NCBI GenBank assembly: GCA_002269645.1
Contig: NIVC01000230.1
Location: 496,001-560,000, forward strand
Direction of reading: 5' to 3'
Length of the DNA stretch: 64,000 nt
DNA from: Macrostomum lignano
Lineage: Eukaryota
Shown here piece by piece: positions 1 through 48,780 of this stretch (position 1 is its first letter; every line of letters starts with the position of its first letter). A program made the translations under genes and the position numbers. The notes beneath the pieces are model-generated. The model saw only the letters and a list, made by a program, of their open reading frames with translations, made no database searches and was not told where the DNA came from.

Positions 1-28
1 TCAAGCTTTATTTCTTTAAAACTTACAG

Positions 29-124
29 TTGACAGCTACCGAATGGCTCCATCGGTTGATGCCGACCCTGACTTGGACTTGGATGGTTGGTACCGACGGT
101 ACTGGCCATCCGACAGCGAGCTCG
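29..124 (+). CDS. Putative internal coding exon of an unidentified + strand gene entering from the left (DSYRMAPSVDADPDLDLDGWYRRYWPSDSELG)
   Basis: Acceptor ttacag at 23-28 and donor G|GTAGGT at 125. Phase 1 at both ends, joining in frame to the exon at 671. No recognisable domain. Confidence 0.35.
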
Positions 125-429
125 GTAGGTAGTCATGTGAACTGTAATTCTGGCCCGAGCACTGATGCAGCTCGAATGTTTTATACACCTGCGATAAAAT
201 TTTCAGACTCCGATGCTGGCTTCGAGCGGGATGACACTCGATTATCCATGATCACAGCGGTTTTCGATGCCACAATGCAGATTATTCCAAATAGCAGGCC
301 AGGTTGTTCATCTTTTATCACCATTCAACCATAAGCATTTGCCAGTGACCAATAGGTAGTCACCAAGGGCGTAGGTAGACTCTCTCTTCCCCCCCCCAAT
401 ATTGGCTGAAAAAATATAGATATGGCGCT

Positions 430-560
430 CTGTCCCACTAACTGGGACCCCCTCAGACTAACTGGCGCCCCCCTCGGACTAACTGGTACCCCTCAGACTA
501 GATGGCGCCCCTCAAATGAAATGGCGCCCCCTAGCGCCATTTCTCCATTTTAAGCGCCAT
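430..560. repeat. Degenerate ~21-22 bp tandem repeat (ccctcagactaactggcgccc), possibly a MITE interior
   Basis: Four to five imperfect copies visible. Preceded by agggcgtagg at ~367, which resembles the MITE end at 61596. Confidence 0.45.
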
Positions 561-670
561 TTCAAGGAGCCTTAGACAGAAAAAATGAAACATGAGACAC
601 TGCCAAAGCTCGTCAAGATGAAGCATTGACGCTCAAGTTATTTTAAATCCACTGCTCAATGCAGTTTCAG

Positions 671-897
671 CAATGAGCCGTGTCAATGCGACAGTCGTTG
701 CGAGTCCCGAGACGAACCCAGCCGCAGGCGCCTCAGGGACCGCTGAGCCGCAGCAAGAGATGCAGGAGCAAGGAGCCAGAATCAGAGGCCGAGACCTGGG
801 CAGGCACGTTAGAGAGAAACATAACGCAGGTAGAGGGCAACGAGAGCAGAAACTCGAAAGTTTGTTACAGAAGCTGCCTCCGTTGACAAAAAGGTAA
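671..897 (+). CDS. Putative coding exon (AMSRVNATVVASPETNPAAG...KLESLLQKLPPLTKR), same unidentified gene
   Basis: Acceptor gtttcag at 664-670, open frame to TAA 895-897, alternative donor AG|GTAAC at 894. Phase-compatible with exon 29-124. Confidence 0.35.
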
Positions 898-1169
898 CTA
901 CATCCAACATGAGGACAAAACGAAACTAAAAGATGACAAAATTAATGTAGTAGTTATTCGAATGCGTCATTTTAACTTCTCTTGATTCCCCCTAATATTT
1001 TACCATTTCTCTCCCCTTGGCCTCCCTCAACATGTTCTGATGTTTCTTACTCTTGACAATCATTTAAATACCTCCACTCCCATTTTCCTAATTTTTATGC
1101 TGGCACTTCACTTACATTTCCTTTTGATGCTCTTGCCATGACTCACAAAGAGGGTCAGCGATAGAGAGG

Positions 1170-1591
1170 TAGGGGAGAGGGGCAGTGGAGAGGGGCAGGG
1201 GAGAGGGGCAGGGGAGAGGGGCAGGGGAGAGGGGCAGGGGGAGAGGGGCAAGGGAAAGGGGCAGGGGGAGGGGTAGGGGAAAGGGGCAGGGGAGAGGGGC
1301 AGGGGAAAGGGGCAGGGGAGAGGGGCAGGGGAGAGGGGCAGGGGGAGAGGGGCAGGGGAGAGGGGCAGGGGAGAGGGGCAGGGGGAGAGGGGCAAGGGAA
1401 AGGGGCAGGGGGAGAGGGGCAGGGGAAAGGGGCAGGGGAGAGGGGCAGGGGAAAGGGGCAGGGGAGAGGGGCAGGGGGAAAGGGGCAGGGGGAAAGGGGC
1501 AGGGGAAAGGGGCAGGGGGAGAGGGGCAGGGGAAAGGGCAGGGGAGAGGGCAGGGGAGAGTGGCAGGGAGAGAGGAGCAGGGAAAGAGGGC
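1170..1591 (+). repeat. G-rich 13-14 bp minisatellite (GGGGAGAGGGGCA)n, predicted G-quadruplex
   Basis: About 30 copies with G4/G5 runs separated by 1-3 nt loops. Confidence 0.9.
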
Positions 1592-1795
1592 ATAATTCCA
1601 ATTTATGGAGTGATTAAGACAGGCCTAGAAGAAGAAGACAGAAGTTCTACGCTTATGCTCGTTTATGCTCGTATTTACGTTAGAATTAGTTGATAGGCAG
1701 CGCTTTCACTGAACTTTAATTTGGATGTTACTTAATCGGCGAGCTGACAAAATCAGTAGCTACGAGATTAGTTTGAAGAACAAACAAAATTTACT

Positions 1796-1805
1796 TTTAT
1801 TTATT
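1796..1805 (-). terminator. Candidate polyadenylation signals (two overlapping AATAAA) of the giant MAM/LDLa gene
   Basis: tttatttatt on + strand, ~520 nt downstream of the predicted stop at 2324. Confidence 0.4.
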
Positions 1806-2323
1806 GTTTTTGGTATTGAAAGAGTAGCGAAGTGATGAACAAAATCGAAGTAGGAATGTTGTCGGACAACAGGGCACTAAGAACATATTGTTTTAAATAA
1901 AGTTTCAAAGTTAAGGAATTTAAACATTCGATCTTCAAGCTTGACTAGCAGTAATGCTTTTCGTTTATACTAGTAACCTTTCACGTTTCACATTCCATAG
2001 TTTGTTTTTCTACAAGATTTTTAAAGGTTAACTTGTTACTTTTAAACTACTTTCGAATAGATATTGAATGTATTCATTATAGGTACGTTCACTTAAAGCA
2101 TAAAGTGCACTGTTGTCCAAGAGTTGACTTCATTTTGTTTTAACAAATTATACAATGGCATGGCATAATCAGAACTGAAATAACGAGTTTGGAGAAATGA
2201 GAAGTACGCGTATATGTAAAACATGAAGCATCTGATGTTTCTGCTAAAGCATGAAAGCACATCAAGTTATTTTAACACACGTTCTGTGCAGGTGTCAGTC
2301 AGGTATCAGGTTCATTCAGAATC

Positions 2324-39172
<36,849 letters not shown>

Positions 39173-39769
39173 GTCGCCAAACTGACTCAATGCAATTTGA
39201 AAATTCCAAAAGGATTTTGGAAAACAAAACAATTTAATTCGGGTTTTAAAAAGCGCTTTGCTTTCAAAACTGTGAAGAATAACCTCAAGCATGATTTTAT
39301 AGAAACAGAAAACAGAAAAAAGTAAAAGTTTTCGGCTGGCACTGAAGAGATAACAGAAGTGGCAAGCAGCGATCATGAGACCACCTGCTGGGCTGCCCGC
39401 TGTTGATAAGACCTCTGCACCAGCTGCAGAAACCCTGGCACTCACCTGATAAAAGCCCTCCAATTTTTTATTAATCATAAGCCCAGGTATCAGAAGGCAT
39501 TTTGGATTTTCTTTAAAACACCAACGTTGAACGAGGGTTCACAAACGAGTCGCATGAACTCCAGATTATAAAAATTGTACAGCTTGTCTGTTTGATAATT
39601 ATTAATAAGAATTTATTCAACTGAAACAGGATTCAAAGTTAAATTGGATTTTAAGTTCGGATTCATAAAATGAGACTGAAATAAGCAGAAATATTCTACT
39701 GCAAGTAGACGCATTAAAACAAAGTTTATTTTGGCAGACAACTGCTAAGCAAAATAGTTTAGAATTATC

Positions 39770-41345
39770 AATAAACAGTATAGCACCACTAATAAACAGT
39801 TTAGCGTCATCAATAAACAATTCAGTTCCACCAATAAACAATTCAGCTCCACCAATAAACAATTTAGCTCCACTTAATAAACAGTTTAGCTCCACCAATA
39901 AACAATTCAGCTCCACCAATAAACAATTTAGCTCCACTAATAAACAGTTTAGCTCCACCAATAAACAATTTAGCTCGACCAATAAACAATTTAGCTCCAC
40001 TAATAAACAGTTTAGCTCCACCAATAAACAATTTAGCTCGACCAATAAACAGCTTAGCTCCACCAATAAACATTTTAGCGCCATCAATAAACAGTTTAAC
40101 TCCATTAATAAACAGTTTTGCATCATGGATAAACAGTTTATTTCTTATCAATAAGCAGGTTGCCTCTATAAATAAACAATTTTTCTCTATCAATAAACAG
40201 TTTAGCTCCACCAATAAACTGTTAAGCTCCATCAATAAACAGTTTAGCGCCATCAATAAACAGTTTATCGCCATCAATATACAGTTTAGCGTCATCAATA
40301 AACAGTTTAGCGCCATCAATATACAGTTTAGCGTCATCAATAAACAGTTTAGCGCCATCAATATACAGTTTAGCGTCATCAATAAACAGTTAAGCGCCAT
40401 CAATAAACAGTTTAGCGTCATCAATAAACAGTTTAGCGTCATCAATAAACAGTTAAGCGCCATCAATAAACAGTTTAGCGCCATCAATAAACAGTTTAGC
40501 GTCATCAATAAACAGTTTAGCGCCATCAATAAACAGTTTAGCGTCATCAATAAACAGTTAAGCGTCATCAATAAACAGTTTAGCGCCATCAATAAACAGT
40601 TTAGCGTCATCAATAAACAGTTAAGCGCCATCAATAAACAGTTTAGCGTCATCAATAAACAGTTTAGCGCCATCAATAAACAGTTTAGCGTCATCAATAA
40701 ACAGTTAAGCGCCATCAATAAACAGTTTAGCGTCATCAATAAACAGTTAAGCGCCATCAATAAACAGTTGAGCGCCATCAATAAACAGTTTAGCGTCATC
40801 AATAAACAGTTTAGCGTCATCAATAAACAGTTTAGCGCCATCAATAAACAGTTAAGCGCCATCAATAAACAGTTTAGCGCCATCAATAAACAGTTTAGCG
40901 TCATCAATAAACAGTTTAGCGCCATCAATAAACAGTTTAGCGCCATCAATAAACAGTTTAGCGCCATCAATAAACAGTTTAGCGCCATCAATAAACAGTT
41001 TAGCGCCATCAATAAACAGTTTAGCGTCATCAATAAACAGTTTAGCGCCATCAATAAACAGTTTAGCGCCATCAATAAACAGTTTAGCGCCATCAATAAA
41101 CAGTTAAGCGCCATCAATAAACAGTTAAGCGCCATCAATAAACAGTTTAGCGTCATCAATAAACAGTTTAGCGCCATCAATAAACAGTTTAGCGTCATCA
41201 ATAAACAGTTTAGCGCCATCAATAAACAGTTTAGCGTCATCAATAAACAGTTTAGCGTCATCAATAAACAGTTTAGCGCCATCAATAAACAGTTTAGCGT
41301 CATCAATAAACAGTTAAGCGCCATCAATAAACAGTTTAGCGCCAT
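39770..41345. repeat. 21-bp minisatellite (atcaataaacagtttagcgcc)
   Basis: About 75 copies; source of the spurious MALNCLL ORF. Confidence 0.97.
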
Positions 41346-41951
41346 CCATGCCCAGATGCTCCGTTGAGCGCCATGATCGATTCTGGAACAAAATTGCAAG
41401 CATTTCAGCTGCGTGCACATTGCTCATCACCCCAGGGTAAACAGCGGACTTATCCGGGTAATTATGGCATATTAGACTCATATTTGCCAACAGACTTTGC
41501 ACTATATTGGCAAATCAAGTTAGCAGTCGCACAGGCACAGATGGCTTAGCAGATGCCAAGCAAGAGATAGCTGAAAGCTTGTGGCTGCTAATTCTTTGAG
41601 AACCTATTTGTGGGGAGGCTGGTATGCCCGAGAGTCAAGTGCCCTGGACCAGCGGCTTAACACATTTACGTGGGGCGGGAGTGTAACGAACTAACGAAAT
41701 AAAAAAGCACGCGTGAGGGGGGCACTCGAATTCTCGATTTTATTTATCCACCTGCCTCTCGTGCCCGGCTTAACACCCTCGCGCTGAGATTCGCACCTCA
41801 CGCGTCGAATTTCGGTTCGGAAAGTCTCGCTCACGTGGCCCTCCAAAAATGGCTTTCCATTTCTTCAGAGTCTGGAATCTTTTTCATTTATTTAAATTTA
41901 AGCACTATCTTTTGTCAGACCTCGTCTCAAGGCAATTTATGTCCCTTAACC

Positions 41952-42350
41952 TCTCTCTCTGTCTCTCTCCCTGTCTCTCTCCCTGTCTCTCTCCCTGTCT
42001 CTCTCCCTGTCTCTCTCCCTGTCTCTCTCCCTGTCTCTCTCCCTGTCTCTCTCTCTGTCTCTCTCCCTGTCTCTCTCCCTGTCTCTCTCCCTGTCTCTCT
42101 CCCTGTCTCTCTCCCTGTCTCTCTCCCTGTCTCTCTCCCTGTCTCTCTCTCTGTCTCTCTCCCTGTCTCTCTCCCTGTCTCTCTCCCTGTCTCTCTCCCT
42201 GTCTCTCTCCCTGTCTCTCTCCCTGTCTCGCTCCCTGTCTCTCTCCCTGTCTCTCTCCCTGTCTCGCTCCCTGTCTCTCTCCCTGTCTCGCTCCCTGTCT
42301 CTCTCCCTGTCTCTCTCCCTGTCTCTCTCCCTGTCTCTCTCCCTGTCTCT
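41952..42350. repeat. 12-bp minisatellite (ctgtctctctcc)
   Basis: About 33 copies. Confidence 0.97.
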
Positions 42351-43261
42351 CTTTTTCTATCACAATATATCAACTGACTTGTGCGCAATAAAAATCTGAT
42401 GCCCAAATTTCTAAGACAAATTCAAAGACCAGCATGATTCATTTTTCGCCTACAGGGTCGCGAGGGCCACCAGATGGAAGACCATCCGGGTTTTTGATCG
42501 GCTCCCATCGCCTCCTTTCCTCCTCTTATCCCCATCGAGGGGAATTTGACACCGGAGGGCGATCCTGGACCCGCCCAGCGCTAGCCGCATCCCGATTTTG
42601 AGAACCTGAGGCGGTGTGGAAGCCAAGTCAAGCGTCTCCTCGGTAGGGGGGGGGGGTCCGAAGCCCTCATCCAGCACCCCCGCCCGCGGGGAGGAGGAGG
42701 GGGCGGACGAAGACACGCGCGGGTTCCCCGTATTGAGGAAGAAGCCCGAGATCTTCGATATCGCGGTTCTCGAGGAGGCTGAGCGTTAGTGGCGCTCTGA
42801 GATGAGGCATGAAGGCCCATGGCAGAGTAATATTGTAGTGACGCAATGGCTGCAACTCAAGCGGAATAACTGCCCATGGCTGAGCTAAAATCCCCCTGTT
42901 ATTACAGGCTTAGAGACCCGCGGCTGCCAGGCCTGTGTGCGCTCACTGCGATACCCCCTGGCTTGCCCCCATCTGCTTTTTTCTCCTTTTTTCTAAGTAA
43001 ATCAAAGCAGAAGTTTATTCTCTATTCTACGAAATCGTAAAGATTTCTCAAACAGTGCGGACTGGAAGCCGAGCCTGTGTTCACCTAGAATTGATTACAG
43101 GTTGCGCTGGGAAGCACTGAAATATATCTCTGATGCCTATAAACGAGTATCTATATTGTGACGCGGTTCATGTTCATATTTCCAATATTTGTCTGCTTTG
43201 ATTGCATCTTTAATGCTTTGTCTCTTTAACCTTTTGCGGCATGCCTTCCCTCCTCATATTC

Positions 43262-43905
43262 TCTCCCTGTCTCTGTTGCCTCTCATCCTCTCTCAACATC
43301 TCCAGTCTCCTCTCCCTGTCTCTGTTGCCTCTCATCCTCTCTCAACATCTCCAGTCTCCTCTCCCTGTCTCTGTTGCCTCTCATCCTCTCTCAACATCTC
43401 CAGTCTCCTCTCCCTGTCTCTGTTGCCTCTCATCCTCTCTCAACATCTCCAGTCTCCTCTCCCTGTCTCTGTTGCCTCTCATCCTCTCTCAACATCTCCA
43501 GTCTCCTCTCCCCATCTCCTCTCCCCATCTCCTCTCCCCATCTCCTCATTTCTCCCCATCTCTCCCTATCTCCAACCATCTCCCATCTCCCATCTCTCCC
43601 CATCTCTCCCCATCTCTCCCCATCTCTAACCATCTCCCATCTCCCATCTCTCCCCATCTCTAACCATCTCCCATCTCCCATCTCTCCCCATCTCTAACCA
43701 TCTCCTCTCGCCATCTCTAACCATCTCCCATCTCCCCATCTCTCCCCATCTCTCCCCATCTCTCGCCATCTCTAACCATCTCCCATCTCCCCATCTCTCC
43801 CCATATCTAACCATCTCCCCATCTCTCCCCATATCTAACCATCTCCCCATCTCTCCCCATATCTAACCATCTCCCATCTCCCCATCTCTCCCCATCTCTG
43901 CCATA
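43262..43905. repeat. 49-bp tandem repeat (~5 copies) grading into a degenerate (CCCCATCTCT)n tract
   Basis: Period 49 between tctgttgcct at 43321 and 43370; pyrimidine-rich + strand. Confidence 0.9.
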
Positions 43906-44639
43906 CCTCAAGCCCCACATATTGTTAAACATGAAATCAAAATCCTGCTTCAGCAGTCACCTGACCTGAGCCAACCAATTTCTCCATGCATGAAACAAAT
44001 GCATTAACCATTTAGCAACCAAAATTAGCGACCTTATCAACAATGAATTTCGACAATTATCACCGACATTACGCATGCGATGTAGAAAATCACACAATTT
44101 CATAATTCGCATCTGCACCGTATGTGGAATTTCTTAGCGCCAGAAAATTGCTTCGCAGATTAAAAAAAAACTGAAAGATTTCTAGTAATTTTCTTAAAGT
44201 GAATGCAGTTCGATTTCACAGAATTTGGTTGCTATGCTCAATATAGGAAACTCGGCAGATGGTTTTCATGCTTCGCGCCAAAATTGGCCAAAATGCAACT
44301 CTCGGAAAATCATCCAGCTGTGATGTCGATTTAACTTCTGTCGAAAGAATTTTAATAATTGCTTTATTACTATAGGGATAGGGACACTCGCTGAGCTTGA
44401 TAGTGCTCATATGCTATTAGTGCAAGCTGTTGGCGAGAAAAGGCAGAGTGCAATGAGGATATTTAATGACTTCATAATCATAAGGGGATATGAAAGTTTT
44501 GCAAGATGCTTAAGCATGCTTACATGTATATAAAATAATAGCATATGACGACAAACGATATTTAATTTGGGAGCCTCTATCAACGAATTAAAGAATTAGG
44601 CCTTGGAAAATGATAAGATAAGAAAGATGAGCAGGTAGG

Positions 44640-45360
44640 AGATTCACAGATAAACAGGTAAGAAATAGCAGGTAGGAAAAGTAAAAGATAAGAACAGGTA
44701 TGGGATAAGATCAGGTAGGGAGATAAGAACAGGTAGGGAAAAAGGAACAGGTAGGAGATAAGAACAGGTAGGAGATAAGAACAGGTAGGGAAATAAGAAC
44801 AGGTAGGAGATAAGAACAGGTAGGAGATAAGAACAGGCAAGCGATAGGACAGGTAAGAGATAAAGACAGGTAAGCGACAGGACAGGTAAGAGATAAGGAC
44901 AGGTAAGAGATAAGGACAGGTAAGCGACAGGACAGGTAACAGATAAGGACAGGTAAGAGATAAAGACAGGTAAGAGATAAGGACAGGCAAGCGATAAGGA
45001 CAGGTAAGCGACAGGAGAGGTAAGAGATAAGGACAGGTAAGAGATAAGGACAGGTAAGAGATAAGGACAGGTAAGAGATAAGGACAGGTAAGAGATAAGG
45101 ACAGGTAAGAGATAAGGACAGGTAAGAGATAAGGACAGGTAAGAGATAAGGACAGGTAAGAGATAAGGACAGGTAAGAGATAAGGACAGGTAAGAGATAA
45201 AGACAGGTAAGAGATAAGGACAGGTAAGAGATAAGGACAGGTAAGAGATAAGGACAGGTAAGAGATAAGGACAGGTAAGAGATAAGGACAGGTAAGAGAT
45301 AAGGACAGGTAAGAGATAAGGACAGGTAAGCGATAAGGACAGGTAAGAGATAAAGACAGG
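44640..45360. repeat. 17-bp minisatellite (caggtaagagataagga)
   Basis: About 40 copies. Confidence 0.96.
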
Positions 45361-46261
45361 TATTGAGAAATAAATCAATATTAAATCCCTAAAGACGAAT
45401 CCTGGAAATAAAGAAAACGGCTTTTTCATTTCGCAGATATTTCCCGATGCAAAGAATAGCCCCTTAAACACGTTCGCTCCAGCATATATCAAGGTGAGAT
45501 TAGATCGACTTGTACAGCTGGTATATACAGTCTTGCTCATGTTGATTGATTTATACCTGATAAGGTAATTAATGAGCCTATATATCCGAAAATATGGAAG
45601 CATAGAATTTGAGAATTAAGATTCGAATTTCGAGTTTGTCTTAACAAAAGCCCGTATATAAAACAGCCTTGGGATGCGTGGAGGGATCCGCAGTTTAGGG
45701 TGTGCGATGAAGATCTACAGGCATCCACGTGCGCAATAGTAAAGAAAAAAGCGGACTGAAAAGAGCCGAGAAGAATTGATGCGGCAACACTTTAACCTGC
45801 ATGCTTTCTGAGAAGCATCATGCTCCGTCTTCTTTTTCAAAGGAAGCGACTTCGATCGAAGGAAGCGACAAGACAAATTGAGCTAATACGGGGGGTTGGA
45901 AGCCTAAGGATTTTCCAAGAATCAACCTGCATGTCTGAGAGGCATTCAATTAAGACTTGACGTGTGGGCGCGGCACGCGTGTCACGCCTTTATAGAATTA
46001 GAGTCACAAAATTGAGTTTAAATAATATACCTGCATGCAGCTAGGATGGTGCCTGTCGAAATTTCCAGTTTTTTTTATCAATGCCTATACGCACGTTATA
46101 AGCTGAGCACGAGCAGGTGTTTTGTAGGAGTCTTGATCCTTATCTACGGGGAAGACAGCTGCGAGGTGCAAGGCGCATCACTTTAACCTCCGAAAGGGTA
46201 AAAAGCTAGGTTGTCAGAAAGAGGCTCAGATCAATATCAAAGGTTTAAGGATATATCAGAA

Positions 46262-46575
46262 CTATATGGTATATCTGGGATTGCTATGAGATTTTTGAGA
46301 TCCTCAGGGATTGCTATGGGATATCTGGGATCGTCAGGGATTGCTATGGGATATCAGCTGGGGATTGCTATGAGATTTTTGAGATCCTCGGGGATTGCTA
46401 TGGGATATCTTGGAGCGTCAGGAATTGCTATGGGATATCTGGGATCATCAGGGATTGCTATGGGATAACTGGGATCGTCAGGGATTGCTATGGGATTTCA
46501 GCTGGGGATCGTCAAGGATTGCTATGGGACATCAGGGATCTTCAGGGTTTGCTATGGCATATCTGAGGATCGTGG
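46262..46575. repeat. Degenerate ~30-bp repeat (gggatcgtcagggattgctatgggatatct)
   Basis: About 10 imperfect copies. Confidence 0.85.
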
Positions 46576-47001
46576 GAGATTCGTTTGATATTCATCTGAG
46601 GATGTTCAGGGATTGGTAGGGGATTGGGATCTTCTCTAATCAGGAATAGTTTGGGTATCAAAAATCAAAATCCAATATCTGGGAATCTGCAGGGATTCGC
46701 TAAGGGTATTATCGGGTCAAAAACTTTTCAACGATCTATCTATCAACCATCCATTGCATCTCATTGATGAACACTTAACCTTAGCTTAGAATATAGGAGT
46801 AGTGCCCGCATTATTTAACAACCGTTTTTACCCTGATGTACAAAATAATCACTTTTTATTAATTATTCACTAACTGTACACTCAAGTCAATTAACTTACA
46901 ATTAAAAAATGGTCTTGGCAGACACGCGCGCCACGCACGCGACAGCCCTAACTCCACTCCACTCATCGCAAGCACATTATCGTGCCCCACCCCCGGCTCT
47001 G

Positions 47002-47145
47002 ATTGGCTGGCTGAGGGTGGAGGCGTTGGTTGAACAAGCTGACCGTTTTTTGGGGTGGTGGGTGTGCCAGTGTGGGCACGACGGGGGTCCGATGCGAGAA
47101 AAGTCCTCCTGGAGGGGGTTTGTGCGAAGGGGTGATTTTCATTGG
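47002..47145 (+). promoter_or_regulatory. GC-rich putative promoter of the RhoGAP with two inverted CCAAT boxes
   Basis: ATTGG at 47002 and 47141, in a CpG-rich island 200-350 bp upstream of the ATG. Confidence 0.35.
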
Positions 47146-47346
47146 GCCGGCGGGGCCTGGGGGGTGGTTTGCCAGTTCCACCAGGGCTTAAAACCAGGCC
47201 CGCACGCGACCAACTGACTGACAACTGACCCCCCACTGATAAAGTCAAACAGCAGTCTTATAAACTACTACATATTATTATAGAAGCTTTTAATTCTGCT
47301 CTTAGAATTTTTAATCCGACGGTTATTCGTTCAACAAGCCCACACA

Positions 47347-48780
47347 ATGTGCAGCCGCATTGCTGGAGATCGTCCGCTTGGCATTCGCGTCTCGCCAAGC
47401 TCCGTTAGAAGCATTGCTTCTAGTAGCAATAGCAGCAATTTTTCATCTGCCAGCAAGCTGACTGCTCTATTGTTTCCAAGGCGCCTTCAGCGAAGAAGTA
47501 GCGGCGGCTGCGAAGTCTCGTCATCCGATGGCGGCGGTAGTTGCAGCAATAGTAGCGGCTTCCATTTCGGCAGGGCGCTGCGTGACCAGCCGCAGACAGT
47601 CGTGGCCGGAGTGGGCCCGGTGCCAAGCCTGCTGGCCGCCAGCTGCCGCTTCCTGTCCTCGGAGGCGGCGCAGTCAGCCGAGGGCCTGTTCCGGGTGGAG
47701 GGCGCCCGGCCGCGGCTGCTGCTGCTGCGCGCCAGGCTGGACGTCGACCGGAGCTGCGACATCCCGGGTGACACGCCGCCGCAGGACGTTTGTTCCACGT
47801 TGAAGGCCTGGCTAAGGCAGCTGCCGCGCCCGCTGCTGCCGGCTGCAACCGCTGAGGCTTTGGCCGGCGCTGCAACGACGGCTGGCGAAGACCGCAACGG
47901 CGACGCTCAGCAGCGACTGTCGGCCCTCAGGGCGGTGGCGGCGGCGAATCTCGGCGGCGACGGCGGCTGCCGGGCCAGAGCGCTGCGCCTGCTGTGCCTG
48001 CTGCTGCACCGGCTGGCCGCTGCTGGTTTCCATGGCAACCGGATGGACTCGGCCAGTCTGGCCACCTGCCTCGGGCCCTGCCTGTACGGCGCAGCGACTG
48101 CCGACTCTGCCGAGACCGCCGCTCGTCTCAACCGCGGCGTCGCCCTCCTCATCCGTTCCGCCCCGGACATCCCGGATGCAGCTGCCGCCGTCGACGATGA
48201 CAGTCCAGTCCCTGATCCAACGCCGATCAAGTCCTTGCAGCCTCAGCAGCACCGAAGGCGAAGTACCGGCAGCGGCGGCGGCAGCGGCGGCTTCCGAGCT
48301 GCGGTCAGTCGCGTCGTCTCCCGCCTCAGCCGCAGTCGCAGCCGCGGTCGCAGCCGCAGCCCGTCAGGAGGATGCAGTCCCGCTGAGGATGCAGTCAGCT
48401 CGGCAGTCGTCGCCGAAGTCGCGGCCGCTTGTCTTCGACGTCGTCGTCATCACCGACTCAGCGCCGGCGGCGGCGGCATTCAATCGACAGTTCTCGACGG
48501 CGTCCGTTCGAAATGCGCCCGACGTCGGAGCAGCTTCGCCAGCTCGCCGCATCCGGACTTTCGGCGGCCGAGGCGACCGCTGCCGACACCGACGCCGCCG
48601 CCGCCACCGCCGCCGCCTCCAGCGATGGTGCCGCTGCTATCTTCGGCAGCCACGATGTCGCTGTCCGCTTCGGCATCGACAGCCTCGTTGTGGCAGCAGC
48701 CATCGAGGAGAACAGTGCGAGCCTCCGGTCCGGTGAAGGCCGTCCGATTGGGCTGTCCGAAAGTGGCCGAACTCAATTGA
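47347..48780 (+). CDS. ARHGAP11A: Intronless Rho GTPase-activating protein, ARHGAP11A-like, 477 aa
   Basis: FG..L...P..V...G.VPS.L...C, EGLFR (arginine finger), PPQDVCSTLKAWLRQLPRPLLP and NRMDSASLATCLGPCL align by eye with the ARHGAP11 GAP domain. AATAAA at 49084. Confidence 0.85.
   Translation: MCSRIAGDRPLGIRVSPSSVRSIASSSNSSNFSSASKLTALLFPRRLQRRSSGGCEVSSSDGGGSCSNSSGFHFGRALRDQPQTVVAGVGPVPSLLAASCRFLSSEAAQSAEGLFRVEGARPRLLLLRARLDVDRSCDIPGDTPPQDVCSTLKAWLRQLPRPLLPAATAEALAGAATTAGEDRNGDAQQRLSALRAVAAANLGGDGGCRARALRLLCLLLHRLAAAGFHGNRMDSASLATCLGPCLYGAATADSAETAARLNRGVALLIRSAPDIPDAAAAVDDDSPVPDPTPIKSLQPQQHRRRSTGSGGGSGGFRAAVSRVVSRLSRSRSRGRSRSPSGGCSPAEDAVSSAVVAEVAAACLRRRRHHRLSAGGGGIQSTVLDGVRSKCARRRSSFASSPHPDFRRPRRPLPTPTPPPPPPPPPAMVPLLSSAATMSLSASASTASLWQQPSRRTVRASGPVKAVRLGCPKVAELN

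Noticed and set aside
29-334. 101-aa ORF starting at TTG 29
   Set aside because: It begins exactly at a splice acceptor; a different frame gives a phase-compatible exon, and this ORF has no recognisable features.
39617-42406. Long ORFs such as (MALNCLL)n, (SLPV)n, (RQGE)n
   Set aside because: They are translations of stop-free minisatellites with no non-repetitive domain or splice support.
43189-46619. ORFs over the 49-bp, 17-bp and 30-bp repeats
   Set aside because: Repeat-derived, with no coding evidence.
41650-46790. A piggyBac element defined by scattered TTAACC motifs
   Set aside because: No matching inverted terminal repeat pair or transposase remnant could be identified.
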